35,941 bases of DNA from Smithella sp. (GTDB taxonomy: Bacteria > Desulfobacterota > Syntrophia > Syntrophales > Smithellaceae): contig JBDKVD010000292.1 of the NCBI GenBank assembly GCA_039679325.1, positions 1-35,941 on the forward strand, in the 5' to 3' direction. This document shows positions 19,208 to 29,573 of the stretch, piece after piece (positions within the stretch are counted from its first letter, which is position 1; the number at the start of each line of letters is the position of its first letter). A program made the position numbers and the translations under genes. The notes under the pieces are model-generated. The model worked only from the letters and a program-made list of their open reading frames with translations, searched no databases and was not told the DNA's origin.

Positions 19208-22200
19208 TCACTCGATCATCCTGATCTCGCCATGCTTTTTTCCCCTGCCCACGGGCGGTATTATCACCTCGACTAAATGTACCTGATGATCATTCACCAG
19301 TTGGATCATCCTGTCCGGTCTTACGAAACCATCCAGGGTAACACTGGCCTCTTCTTCTTTGTTTTTCGTTTGCCGCACAGTAATCCGGTAGACGGTTTCT
19401 CGAAACAAATAAAGAATTTTGAACTCTTCCCAGCCTACAGGAAGGCACGGATCAAAGCTCATTTTGTTCATGCTAATTGACATTCCCAGAAGTGATTCCA
19501 GGATAAGCCGGTACATCCAGGCAGCAGAACCGGTAAGCCATGTCCAGCCGCCGCGGCCGACATGCGGATAGAGGGCATAGACGTCGGAAGTAATAACATA
19601 GGGTTCGACTTTGTATATTTCCGCCTCTTCGGGAGACCTCGCGTGATTTATCGGATTTATCATAGACAATAGATCCCCGAGGCGCTGATTGTCGCGTAAA
19701 ACTGCAAAAGCCATGGCCGCCCAGATCGCCGCATGAGTGTATTGACCGCCATTTTCTCTCACACCGGGGACATAACCTTTAATATAGCCTGGCTCCATCG
19801 CAGACTTATCAAAGGGCGGGTCAAGCAGTTGGATCAGTTTTTGCTTCCGGTGAACAAGGAGTGAATCGACTGCTTCCATAGCTTCCCGCATCCTTTCAGG
19901 AGCACCGGCTCCTGATAGAACAGACCAGCTTTGCGCAATCGAATCAATCCGGCATTCCGTGTTTGTTGCTGATCCCAATAATGATCCGTCATCGAAATAT
20001 GCACGGCGGTACCACTGGCCATCCCAGCCGTCGCGCTCAATGTTTTGCTGTAACCCCGCCGCCTCTTTTCTGCATAACTCGGCAAAAGGCATGTCGCTGT
20101 TCATCCGGGCAATTTCGGCGAACTTTATCAGCACTTCATAAAGGAAAAAGCCCATCCAGACACTTTCGCCTTTACCTGACTCTCCCACCTTATTCATACC
20201 ATCATTCCAGTCGCCTGAGCCCATAAGCGGCAGACCATGACTGCCGAATCTTAGACCCCTCTTAATAGCCCGCACACAGTGATCATATAAACTGGTTGCT
20301 TCTTCAGTTACACCCGGCAGGGCGTAATAGGAATCCTCCTCGGCTCTGACGGGGCGACCCTCAACAAATCTGACGATTTCACTCAAAATACTCAAATCGG
20401 AGGTTGTGAGGATATAGCGACTTACGGATAAAGGCAGCCACAGATAATCATCGGAACATTGTGTGCGCACACCCCTTCCTGAAGGCGGATGCCACCAATG
20501 CTGGGCATCTCCTTCCTGAAATTGACGGCTCGCACATAGAAGCAAGTGTTGACGGACAAGAGCAGGTTGGGTATAAACAAGCGCCATTGTATCCTGTAAC
20601 TGATCACGGAAGCCAAAGGCTCCACCCGACTGGTAATAACCGTTACGAGCCCAAAGACGGCATACCTGCGTTTGGTATAACAGCCAGCCATTGGCAAGGA
20701 CATTAAGAGACGGGTCCGGAGTTTCCACCCGTATAGTACCCAGCGTTTTATGCCAGTATTTCTGCACTGCATCAAGAAAGCTTTGTGCTATTGTTGATCC
20801 TTTAAAGCTTCTGACCGTGTTACTGGCATCGTCTGCGCCTCTTCTTCCGGTAACACCAAGCCTGAAGATTACTTCCCGTTCCTGTCCATCATCCAATTCC
20901 AGGTTCACCTGGATGGCGCCGCAGGGATCCAGGGATGCACCGACTTTGCCGGAGAGCTGTGTTCGCGTCATCGCTGCCGGATTCGAAAGTTCGCCATTAC
21001 GCCCTATAAACTCGGTTCTATTTCCGGTAATGCTTCGATTGTTATCGTCTACATCGAAGAAAGCCACCCGACCGGCAAATTCCGTATTGTATAAATTCCG
21101 TGCAAAAAGCGCCCCGCTTCCTATATCGACTTCGGTTGTAACATGCATCATCGTTTTTGACCGCAAATCACCCAGCACCCATTCCACGTAACCGGTCACA
21201 GACAGGCTGCGGGAACGACCTGATTCATTGCTTAACTTTAATACCGTAAACTTGACCGGCGCGTCTATTGCCACATAAATCCACACCTCTGATCTTATTC
21301 CTTCTTCCACATGTTCAAAAACACTATAACCAAATCCGTGCCGGCTAATGTATGGTGTGGCTCCGCGACAGGGCAGGGGCATTGGAGACCAGAAATGACC
21401 GGTTTCTTCATCACGAATATAGAAGGCTTCTCCGCTTATATCGCTTATGGGATCGTTGTACCAGGGTGTAAGTCGATACTCATGGGCATTCTCGCTCCAG
21501 GTTGAAGCAGAACCGCTTTCTGAAATTACTGATCCGAAGTTGGGATTAGCCAATACATTAACCCAGGGAGCCGGCGTTACACTTCCCGGTTTTGTGGTTA
21601 TGACATATTCGCGTCCGTCAGGTGTAAATCCGCCGAGTCCGTTTTCGAAGATCAGATCGGGGTAGGCGAGTTCCTTTATCTTCCGTATTTCGGCAGGTTG
21701 TGTCCGGGTTGGTCTGAAACGTGGAACAACCGCTTCTATAAGAGAACGGCGGTTGATTTGTTCCACCAGAGTTCCCCAGGTATCTTTAATTACGATATGC
21801 GCAACAGTTTGCAGCAGAATTCTGTCCTCATTTGATATCTGGTCACCAGTCCTGACAAATATGCCGCCCGGTTTATCAATAATTTTTGTTTCCGTTCCTG
21901 CCGTAATCATGCCCTTTATCTGGTCGTGGAGAAATTGTCTGTAGGTTGCATTATCTTCATTCCAGATCATCAGATCAACCCTCAGGCCCTTTAAGCGCCA
22001 GTACGCGTGTGCTTGTTCGAGTTGACGCACCAGTTCGATATTTGCATAGTCACCGATCCTGAGTAATACGATGGGCAAATCTCCGGAAATGGCGTAACCC
22101 CATAAACTCGATTGTCCGCGGCAGTTTTTGATAATGATCTTCGGCTGAGCGCGCAATGATGAATTGCTGTAAATTACGGAACCTGCCAGACGTCCATAAA

Positions 22201-25200
22201 GTTGGGCATCTGCTTCTGAAGCATTGATTTGCCTTAAAACGACCTGACTATGTGTCCAGGCCAGATTAAAAACACGATCAGCCAGACTGTGATCGTGATA
22301 CTTTTCGGCAAGACTCAGCGTTTTGCTCCTTGTTTCACTGATACCGGAAACAATGTCAATTGTTACATCTTCCCCTGCATCCAGTTTAACGCGGCAACGT
22401 ATAGCCACAATGGGGTCCAGAACGGAACCTGCAGTATTCGAAAGTGCTTCTGCAGACCAATTCATCGCCTGCGGATTGGCTGATGTATTTCCCCGACCGA
22501 TAAACTTTAAACGATCTGTTTCATAGGAAACTTCCTCACTATCCGCTCCGTGCAATGCCATCAGGTGAAACATCCAGTGAGCAGGTTCACCTTTGGAACG
22601 GGGCCTCCTTGTACAGAGAATCGTCTGGCGCTCACGGATAATTTCCGTCTGAACAAAAAGATTGGAAAATGCGGGATGCAGCTCATCGGCCGCCGGAACC
22701 GCAAGAACAATTTCCGCGTAACTGGTTATCTCTATCTCTCTTAGCCTTCGTGAACGGTTTGAGATCCGTATACGCCGCAGCTCAATATCATCCTCGGGAG
22801 ATACTGCTATCTCCGTATGAGTGCTGATTCCATTATCGCGGCGTCGAAACTCTACCTTAGCGTCGGAGAAAATAGCTTCATATCTTTCCGGCTGTTTCAG
22901 CGTTGGTTGATAAGCTGTTGACCAAAAGTTTCCACTTATCACGTCACGAATGTAACAGAATGTTCCCCAATTGTCGCGGGTAGAGTCTTCGCGCCATCGT
23001 GTAACGGCCAGCTCCTGAAAGCGACTATAGCCACCCCCCGCATTGGTGATCATCATATGATATCTTCCATTGGATAATAATTGCACCTCCGGCACGGGGG
23101 TATTGGGGGTATTAAATACACGCGCCGGAAACTCCTGGATGAATGAATCCTTGCGCATGGTAATATCCTCGGCTATCTGGCGATAGAAGGCCACAGCTCT
23201 GGGAATGCGTTCCTGAAGCAGCAACCGCGTCGCTTGAAACATAGGATCAGACTCGAAACGTTTTTGCATCGGACGATCAAGCAGCAGATGAGCCAGCGCC
23301 AGCAAACTCATACCCTGGTGATGAGCCATAAATGATCTGACCACGACGCTCGATCGACCGCGAGGCAGACGCGAAGATGTGTAATCTATCGCTTCATAGA
23401 AACCATACGGCCCTTCCATACCGTCCCGGGAAAGTTGCTGCAGATTCAGACAGGCCTCTTCCGGTGCGACCATGAGCGCCAGCACTGAAGCATATGGCGC
23501 CACAACCAGATCATCGGAAAGCCCTCGTTTGAGACCGAGCCCAGGAACGCCAAAGGCACGGTACTGGTAGTTAAGATGGACATCTATCATACTGTAACCG
23601 GATTCTGAAATGCCCCAGGGCACTCCCCGGTTTTTCCCATAGTCAATTTGCCTGGACACAGCTGCCTTATATGTCTGATCCAACAGGGTGTTTTCATAAT
23701 TGGGCATCACCAGAAGCGGCATAAGATACTCAAACATTGAACCATCCCAGGAAAGGAGAACGGGGTGTCTTCCGGGATTCGTCAGCAGGCGTCCCAGCGC
23801 AAACCAGTTCTCCTGAGGCAACTGCCCCTGCGCTATCCCTATGAAACTGCAAAATCTGGCCTCTGAAGCCAGCAGATCATAGTAACTTGCGTCCCGACGA
23901 CTCTCAGTGGTGCTATAGCCGATAGTCAACAACTGACGTTCTTTATCATAAAGGAAGCTGTAATCCATATCAGCAAAGTCCTTTGCTTGTGCTGCCAGGT
24001 TGTTGATTGTCGCTATTCTTTCCCCGGCGCGCAGAGAGCCTTCCCTGATCATCCTGCGAAAATCAGCAAACCACTCCGCATCTTCAACAGTTGGATTAAT
24101 GCCGATTATATTTTCGACTACCGGCAGCAGCTCCACTTCGAGTATTGCCAATTTTCGCAACGTGGGAATCTCCATAGTATCAAAATAATCGGTAAGCCCG
24201 GCCGAAGGGCATTTAAGCGTCAACCAGGGACAAAGAAAGGTAATTTCATCCAGGGCATCGCCGCATTGATGCACCAGGGCTTTTACCCATCTTATAATAT
24301 CACTCTGTGTGTTTGCATCAAAGGCGCGGACAAGACCAATAGAGGACTTCGCGATATGATCGAGGCACCGCTGCAATGGCTTCAGCATCATTTTGTCGGG
24401 ATCGGACAATGAAGCCAGATATTTTTGAAAATCGGCCAGCTGTTTTGGCGCTTTTGCTCCCGCAGCTTCCATGAGGCAAGTGTTGGTGTCGCTGATACCT
24501 TTGAACAATTGAGTTTGCCAAATCTTCTGATCGGGAAGATCGATAAACCCCCATCGCAGCGTTAATAAGTGACCGCTGAGATTTCCGCTGTCCACTGTGG
24601 AGATGTAATGAGGCCGAAGGGTAGCCAGGCTTTGGGTATCGTACCAATTATAAAAGTGACCCCGATAACGCTGCATTTTCTCCATGGTATGGAAGGTATC
24701 GGCCGTGCGTTCGATTAATTCTCCAGCCGAAATGTAACCGAAATCATACGCGGATAAATTTGCCAGCAATGCCAGTCCTATGTTTGTAGGCGATGTACGA
24801 TGCGCAACAATGGTTGCCGGATGCTCCTGATAGTTATCCGGTGGCAGCCAATGATCATCCGGTCCGACGAATGTTTCGAAGAATGCCCAGGTTTTGCGGG
24901 CCATTTTTCTCAAAAATATTATTTGTTCGTCTTTAAGTTTTATACCTCTGTCAACAATAGGCCGGCTTGCCCACCAGGTAATTCCGGGAGATAGAAACCA
25001 GAGAATCAAGACGAACGAGGCCGAGCTAAGAGCGCCGGGTCTGGATATCAGCAAATAAGTAAACAGCCCGGAAGAAAGCAACGGAGCTATCCACATCGAC
25101 CGGCAGGAAGCGGCAAAACTGTTACTGTGGCCGGTCTGGTTTCCGGAAGGATTCCATTCCAGCATTCGCTTGTGTGTAACGAACATCCGCCAGAGAGTGC

Positions 25201-27967
25201 GGGCAATCGCATCCAGACTGAAAAACGCTTCGTAAGGAAGACAAACAAGCGTATACAAAGTCTGAAAAAAGATCCTTCCGGCCTGGCGCAGGGCAGTAAC
25301 AAAATGTTGCCTCCATTGCACATCTTCCGGCTTGCGGAAAAGTTCCAGAAGTATAACGCACACGGAAGGGATCAGAAGAATTCCGATCACCATTATTGTC
25401 CACAGCCAAACCGGAGACATGACGGCCCATCCCATAATTAACATTATGGTCAGAGCCGCAGGAACCAGACTGCGTCTGAGGTTGTCGAAAATCTTCCACT
25501 GGGAAAGCCAGGATAGTTTATTTTTCTGATGTCCCCCACCGAAAACCGGAACCGCCGACCTCAGCCAACCGGCAATTTGCCAATCTCCGCGAATCCAGCG
25601 ATGTCTTCGGCTCACATCCATGCTGTATTGAGACGGATATTCCTCGTATAATTGAACATCGGAGAGTAAACCAGACCGCGCATAACAACCTTCTATGAGG
25701 TCATGACTCAGTATCCTGTTTTCCGGAAAGCGGCCGGAGAGAGCCTTTTCAAACGCATCGACATCATAAATGCCTTTGCCGATATATGAACCTTCACCAA
25801 AGATATCCTGGTAGAGATTGGAAACAACGCGTGTATACGGATCAATGCCGGTTTCCCCTCCCCAGAGTCGTGCATACCATGACTTGCCTTCGCCCGCTAA
25901 GCATTCGGCGATGCGTGGCTGAAGAATACCATAACCATCGCAAATACGCTCCCGGGCTTCATCGTAAAGTGGACGATTCAGCGGATGGGCCATCGTTCCC
26001 ACAAATTTCTGCGCGGAATCGCGAGGAAGTTGAGTATCCGTATCCAGAGTAATGACGTACCTCACATTGGATAATATTTCAGTGATACCGACGATAAGAG
26101 AGAAACAATCTTTGGCGCCGCCGCGCAGAAAGGCATTCAACTCAGCTATCTTTCCACGCTTACGCTCATAACCCATCCAAAGTTGCTCCTCCGGATTAAA
26201 GCGGCGTGGACGATGAAAGAGGAAGAAAGTTCCTCCTTTTACACCTCTATACTTATCATTGAGTTCTTCAATCCGCATCTCGACCAATCGCGAAAGCGCA
26301 TCATCCGCGGAAGTCGTTTCTTCATGGGCATCACGGAAATCGGTAAGTAAGCCGAAGTGCAGGTTATTATCCCGATTTGCCAAAAATCTGATCTCCAGTG
26401 ATTCGACAAGATCTTCTACATTTTGCATGCTCGTAAGCATAGTCGGGATTACCACCAGAGTGCTCGATTCCGGTGGAATTCCCAGGGAAAAGTCCATACG
26501 CGGCAGCGGCTGCGGACGGGCCAGAAGCGTAGCCAGCCAGTTCGTCAGAGCTATTGCCGGACTGCTTGCGCCCAGAATAAAAATAAGTGCTGCAGGCAGA
26601 AGTATCCAACCGTGCAAACTATCGGTTTGAACTTTCAGCAGCAAACCCAGGACGACGATTAATGTGATCACCATGATGGTTGTAAGATAGATTAACAACG
26701 GATACTTGTTGATACTTCGACGAATGAGCTCCGTGACGGGCTTCCGCATCTGAGCCCTTTGTTCAAGTTCGGGCAATCCTTTGTCAATCAGATAAAAACC
26801 AACATGTGACTCTCGATCACTATTGTTAATCTTTGCCAAGCCTTCCCGGGATAAACTGATAGCCAGACAGGCCACTTCACCCTCGGATAAAGGGCTGTGT
26901 TTTGCTATTTTTTCCACCGCATGACGATAACGGTCTCTGGTTACAAAATCCATTCTGCTGTAGATATCACTTGGATCTTCACACAGTATCTGTTCGACAA
27001 CGCTTATTGCCTCGACAAACTCACGCCAATTCATAGCCGTTAGAAACCGGAGGCTGCCGATGCTGTTACTTACGGATACCTGGTCTGCGGCCTGTTGCTG
27101 ATTATCGGAACGGACTAATTGCTCAATCGTTAAATTAGACTCGGAAAGATGCTGCTCGATCCAGGTCAGCGGCAACGCCAAGTCCGGACTCTGCCCTTGC
27201 AAACGACGCGCAAATTCCGCGACAAATGAACTGGCCATCGTTTGATCGGAACGCGCCATATCCGCGATTACCAGAACCAGGCTTTTAGGGTCTCTCCGGG
27301 CGACATCGGCCATCTGGTCAGCCCAATAATCGGCCAGTTCCTTGTCGGCAATACAGTCAATAATCCGTGTTCCAATGCGTCGCAGATTTTCGATCAGCGC
27401 CAGACGCAGCATAATCGGAATTGCCCACAACTCCCCTAATGTAAGATTAGATACCGTTTGGTAGGCTGTAATGAAACTATTGAGACATTCCAGATCCACT
27501 CGTCCATCACCATGGGAGATTATCTCGAGTGCGATATCATATACCCGTGGGAGCCCGGATAAGGCCCCGTTTTGCAGACGCGGCAATTCCAGGCTGTAGC
27601 CTATGGTCAAGTGTCTCTTAGCCATGCGAATATGTTCGTCAATTAAATAGAAGTTATCGAGAAACCATTCTTCGGCAGGCGCTATCGGGCGGTTATCTTT
27701 GACCACGGATGTCAGCTGTTTGCACGTTTCAATCAGCACATCTTCATTGTCATTGAGCCGCGCCAGAAGCTGTTCAGAAGCTCTTTCATCCGTCAGTTTA
27801 TGCACGTTCGCCAGTGCTCTGCCGTGCTGCTTCATCTGTTCGGAACTCAGCAATTCAGATCGCAAAGGTAATTCGACGCGGGAGTACTTTCTTCCGAAAG
27901 CGCCTTTGCGGAAGTGTTTCTTCAATCTGAACAATGGCTCTAAAATTGCTTTGTCGATTAACTTCAC
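19208..27967 (-). CDS. Cyclic beta-1,2-glucan synthase (Cgs/NdvB/ChvB type) with C-terminal GH94 phosphorylase region
   Basis: 2919 aa. GT region (ERKRGK, TLDTDT, SHDLIEG, RRHRWIRGDWQ), TM block, LPPDNYQE, YDLLASEAR, SMFEYLMP, WGISES, and GH94 motifs (YQSGGAFGFRDQLQD, GDWNDG, ENGGQYTH). Confidence 0.93.
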   Translation of the reverse strand: MKLIDKAILEPLFRLKKHFRKGAFGRKYSRVELPLRSELLSSEQMKQHGRALANVHKLTDERASEQLLARLNDNEDVLIETCKQLTSVVKDNRPIAPAEEWFLDNFYLIDEHIRMAKRHLTIGYSLELPRLQNGALSGLPRVYDIALEIISHGDGRVDLECLNSFITAYQTVSNLTLGELWAIPIMLRLALIENLRRIGTRIIDCIADKELADYWADQMADVARRDPKSLVLVIADMARSDQTMASSFVAEFARRLQGQSPDLALPLTWIEQHLSESNLTIEQLVRSDNQQQAADQVSVSNSIGSLRFLTAMNWREFVEAISVVEQILCEDPSDIYSRMDFVTRDRYRHAVEKIAKHSPLSEGEVACLAISLSREGLAKINNSDRESHVGFYLIDKGLPELEQRAQMRKPVTELIRRSINKYPLLIYLTTIMVITLIVVLGLLLKVQTDSLHGWILLPAALIFILGASSPAIALTNWLATLLARPQPLPRMDFSLGIPPESSTLVVIPTMLTSMQNVEDLVESLEIRFLANRDNNLHFGLLTDFRDAHEETTSADDALSRLVEMRIEELNDKYRGVKGGTFFLFHRPRRFNPEEQLWMGYERKRGKIAELNAFLRGGAKDCFSLIVGITEILSNVRYVITLDTDTQLPRDSAQKFVGTMAHPLNRPLYDEARERICDGYGILQPRIAECLAGEGKSWYARLWGGETGIDPYTRVVSNLYQDIFGEGSYIGKGIYDVDAFEKALSGRFPENRILSHDLIEGCYARSGLLSDVQLYEEYPSQYSMDVSRRHRWIRGDWQIAGWLRSAVPVFGGGHQKNKLSWLSQWKIFDNLRRSLVPAALTIMLIMGWAVMSPVWLWTIMVIGILLIPSVCVILLELFRKPEDVQWRQHFVTALRQAGRIFFQTLYTLVCLPYEAFFSLDAIARTLWRMFVTHKRMLEWNPSGNQTGHSNSFAASCRSMWIAPLLSSGLFTYLLISRPGALSSASFVLILWFLSPGITWWASRPIVDRGIKLKDEQIIFLRKMARKTWAFFETFVGPDDHWLPPDNYQEHPATIVAHRTSPTNIGLALLANLSAYDFGYISAGELIERTADTFHTMEKMQRYRGHFYNWYDTQSLATLRPHYISTVDSGNLSGHLLTLRWGFIDLPDQKIWQTQLFKGISDTNTCLMEAAGAKAPKQLADFQKYLASLSDPDKMMLKPLQRCLDHIAKSSIGLVRAFDANTQSDIIRWVKALVHQCGDALDEITFLCPWLTLKCPSAGLTDYFDTMEIPTLRKLAILEVELLPVVENIIGINPTVEDAEWFADFRRMIREGSLRAGERIATINNLAAQAKDFADMDYSFLYDKERQLLTIGYSTTESRRDASYYDLLASEARFCSFIGIAQGQLPQENWFALGRLLTNPGRHPVLLSWDGSMFEYLMPLLVMPNYENTLLDQTYKAAVSRQIDYGKNRGVPWGISESGYSMIDVHLNYQYRAFGVPGLGLKRGLSDDLVVAPYASVLALMVAPEEACLNLQQLSRDGMEGPYGFYEAIDYTSSRLPRGRSSVVVRSFMAHHQGMSLLALAHLLLDRPMQKRFESDPMFQATRLLLQERIPRAVAFYRQIAEDITMRKDSFIQEFPARVFNTPNTPVPEVQLLSNGRYHMMITNAGGGYSRFQELAVTRWREDSTRDNWGTFCYIRDVISGNFWSTAYQPTLKQPERYEAIFSDAKVEFRRRDNGISTHTEIAVSPEDDIELRRIRISNRSRRLREIEITSYAEIVLAVPAADELHPAFSNLFVQTEIIRERQTILCTRRPRSKGEPAHWMFHLMALHGADSEEVSYETDRLKFIGRGNTSANPQAMNWSAEALSNTAGSVLDPIVAIRCRVKLDAGEDVTIDIVSGISETRSKTLSLAEKYHDHSLADRVFNLAWTHSQVVLRQINASEADAQLYGRLAGSVIYSNSSLRAQPKIIIKNCRGQSSLWGYAISGDLPIVLLRIGDYANIELVRQLEQAHAYWRLKGLRVDLMIWNEDNATYRQFLHDQIKGMITAGTETKIIDKPGGIFVRTGDQISNEDRILLQTVAHIVIKDTWGTLVEQINRRSLIEAVVPRFRPTRTQPAEIRKIKELAYPDLIFENGLGGFTPDGREYVITTKPGSVTPAPWVNVLANPNFGSVISESGSASTWSENAHEYRLTPWYNDPISDISGEAFYIRDEETGHFWSPMPLPCRGATPYISRHGFGYSVFEHVEEGIRSEVWIYVAIDAPVKFTVLKLSNESGRSRSLSVTGYVEWVLGDLRSKTMMHVTTEVDIGSGALFARNLYNTEFAGRVAFFDVDDNNRSITGNRTEFIGRNGELSNPAAMTRTQLSGKVGASLDPCGAIQVNLELDDGQEREVIFRLGVTGRRGADDASNTVRSFKGSTIAQSFLDAVQKYWHKTLGTIRVETPDPSLNVLANGWLLYQTQVCRLWARNGYYQSGGAFGFRDQLQDTMALVYTQPALVRQHLLLCASRQFQEGDAQHWWHPPSGRGVRTQCSDDYLWLPLSVSRYILTTSDLSILSEIVRFVEGRPVRAEEDSYYALPGVTEEATSLYDHCVRAIKRGLRFGSHGLPLMGSGDWNDGMNKVGESGKGESVWMGFFLYEVLIKFAEIARMNSDMPFAELCRKEAAGLQQNIERDGWDGQWYRRAYFDDGSLLGSATNTECRIDSIAQSWSVLSGAGAPERMREAMEAVDSLLVHRKQKLIQLLDPPFDKSAMEPGYIKGYVPGVRENGGQYTHAAIWAAMAFAVLRDNQRLGDLLSMINPINHARSPEEAEIYKVEPYVITSDVYALYPHVGRGGWTWLTGSAAWMYRLILESLLGMSISMNKMSFDPCLPVGWEEFKILYLFRETVYRITVRQTKNKEEEASVTLDGFVRPDRMIQLVNDHQVHLVEVIIPPVGRGKKHGEIRMIE

Positions 27968-29070
27968 TCTTCTAATTTCCGCATCATTCGTTTTGCTAAG
28001 CGAAATGCCTTCAATTTTAATTGCTCTCCACGACCAAACCAGATTGAATTCAATCGCGTGGTTTCATCTTCATTCAACATCATGTGGTCCGTGTATTCGG
28101 CGACACTGTTGAAAGCCCCCCATAACGTCCCGTGCGCCAGATGTGCTCCATGGCCGGAATCATGCAACTTAAGCACGCTGTTTCTGATCTGCTGTGTTCT
28201 TGCAGTATTCTCCGCCTCTTCGTTCTCCGGAACCAGTGCCTGCACATAATCCCGCAGTTGCACATCAGTGATTTTTCTGGCCGCCATGCTGTTGAACATA
28301 ATATCGAGTTGCCTATATAAGGAATCCGCCCACCCGAGCATTGCGACTGGTTGTTTCAAATCCCTTACCGTGTTTTGTGTATGACCGATTTGGACTTCTC
28401 CCGTTCCCTGTAATGCCGACGTTAAAGTATTATTGCAGACGACACGGATGGGCGTAAGCTTCACTCGAACATGTGAGCTGCCGTCATGACTATTTGTGAG
28501 CAGGAGATATTTGTTGACAATGTCGTTGCCATTGACATTAATGTAACCAGAAAGTCTCGCCAGAATCCAGATACATTCACCACAACCCAGTGCGCCGGCC
28601 GTTTCGTATATTGCTTCGCCGCTACCGACCAGGGTATCGAAGAATGTGAAGGCATCGATGTTCTGAACGGGTTCGTAACTCTCGTTGACGAAGCCCATAA
28701 CTTCATCGGTATCCGTTCGCACCATTGCATATGCATCCTGCTTTAACCCCGTTTTCAACTTCAACGGCTTCTTTATGACGGTATAATCCAACCCGGCCAT
28801 TTCTATGGCCTCACTCGCGGTCTTAGGGTGATTCAACTCGATTCCCACATTATGCCACGGTGCCGGTAATGATTCAGGATATGGAGAAAGAGTTTGCGGC
28901 ACCGGCATGTGCAGTCTGCGTAACGTCGCCTCACTCACTGTAGATTGATACAATGGATGATCGGGAGTAGTGATATTAAAGAGTGGAAAAATTTCTCCGG
29001 AAATTTTTTCCTGCCACCCAATGAAATTTGCGTCCGGGTCCGAACCAGTTGAATTTATGTGTTTAAACAT
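27964..29070 (-). CDS. DUF932-type (phage/plasmid-associated) protein with an extra N-terminal domain
   Basis: PWHxxG, YEPVQNxDAFxFFD, ETAGALxxG, YLLLTNSHDGS, TPIRVVCNNTL, GTLWGAFNSVAEYTDH, LKLKAF. RBS GGAGG before ATG 29070. The stop overlaps the cgs start. Confidence 0.8.
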   Translation of the reverse strand: MFKHINSTGSDPDANFIGWQEKISGEIFPLFNITTPDHPLYQSTVSEATLRRLHMPVPQTLSPYPESLPAPWHNVGIELNHPKTASEAIEMAGLDYTVIKKPLKLKTGLKQDAYAMVRTDTDEVMGFVNESYEPVQNIDAFTFFDTLVGSGEAIYETAGALGCGECIWILARLSGYINVNGNDIVNKYLLLTNSHDGSSHVRVKLTPIRVVCNNTLTSALQGTGEVQIGHTQNTVRDLKQPVAMLGWADSLYRQLDIMFNSMAARKITDVQLRDYVQALVPENEEAENTARTQQIRNSVLKLHDSGHGAHLAHGTLWGAFNSVAEYTDHMMLNEDETTRLNSIWFGRGEQLKLKAFRLAKRMMRKLEE

Positions 29071-29087
29071 ATTAGCCTCCGTCAGCA

Positions 29088-29465
29088 TCAATCCTTATAT
29101 GTTGTTATCCGCCCAGGGCAGATGTTCACAACTGCCGAACAGTTACAGCCTTGTTTATCAGGAAGAAAATATTCGGTAACTTTCTTGTAGTCATCATTAG
29201 CCTTCGCTTTAAAATCTTCCTGTTGATATTCTATATTATTTTTTCTCGTGTTTTTCTCCTTTGTCTCTTTCTCTTTACCGCCTGTCTTCCCCGGAGTGTT
29301 TACCTCATGAATCTGGCGTGGTTGAGACTGCGTCCCGGCCTCTCGCGGCTGCCCCGGTTCTGATGAAGTCCTTCGGCTGCTCTCATAGATTGTGTCCAAC
29401 TTCGGGGAGGCAGTCGCCTGAGTCCCTGAATGATCCTGATCAACATTCCAACTTATTCCGATCAA
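29088..29465 (-). CDS. Hydrophilic hypothetical ORF, possibly degraded
   Basis: Open frame filling the gap, but a TTG start without a clear RBS and low complexity. Confidence 0.3.
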   Translation of the reverse strand: MIGISWNVDQDHSGTQATASPKLDTIYESSRRTSSEPGQPREAGTQSQPRQIHEVNTPGKTGGKEKETKEKNTRKNNIEYQQEDFKAKANDDYKKVTEYFLPDKQGCNCSAVVNICPGRITTYKD

Positions 29466-29525
29466 TAGAAATTTGTTCTTTCTTAAACGGCTTCGTATAT
29501 TCGAATGACTATCAACACGTACTGC

Positions 29526-29561
29526 TCAGCCTCGCCGCCCAATGCAGAACGGCGAGGCTGA
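29526..29561. other. Perfect 12-bp stem-loop downstream of triple-BON gene 2
   Basis: TCAGCCTCGCCG-12 nt-CGGCGAGGCTGA. Confidence 0.6.
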
Positions 29562-29573
29562 AAACTTTTTGGC

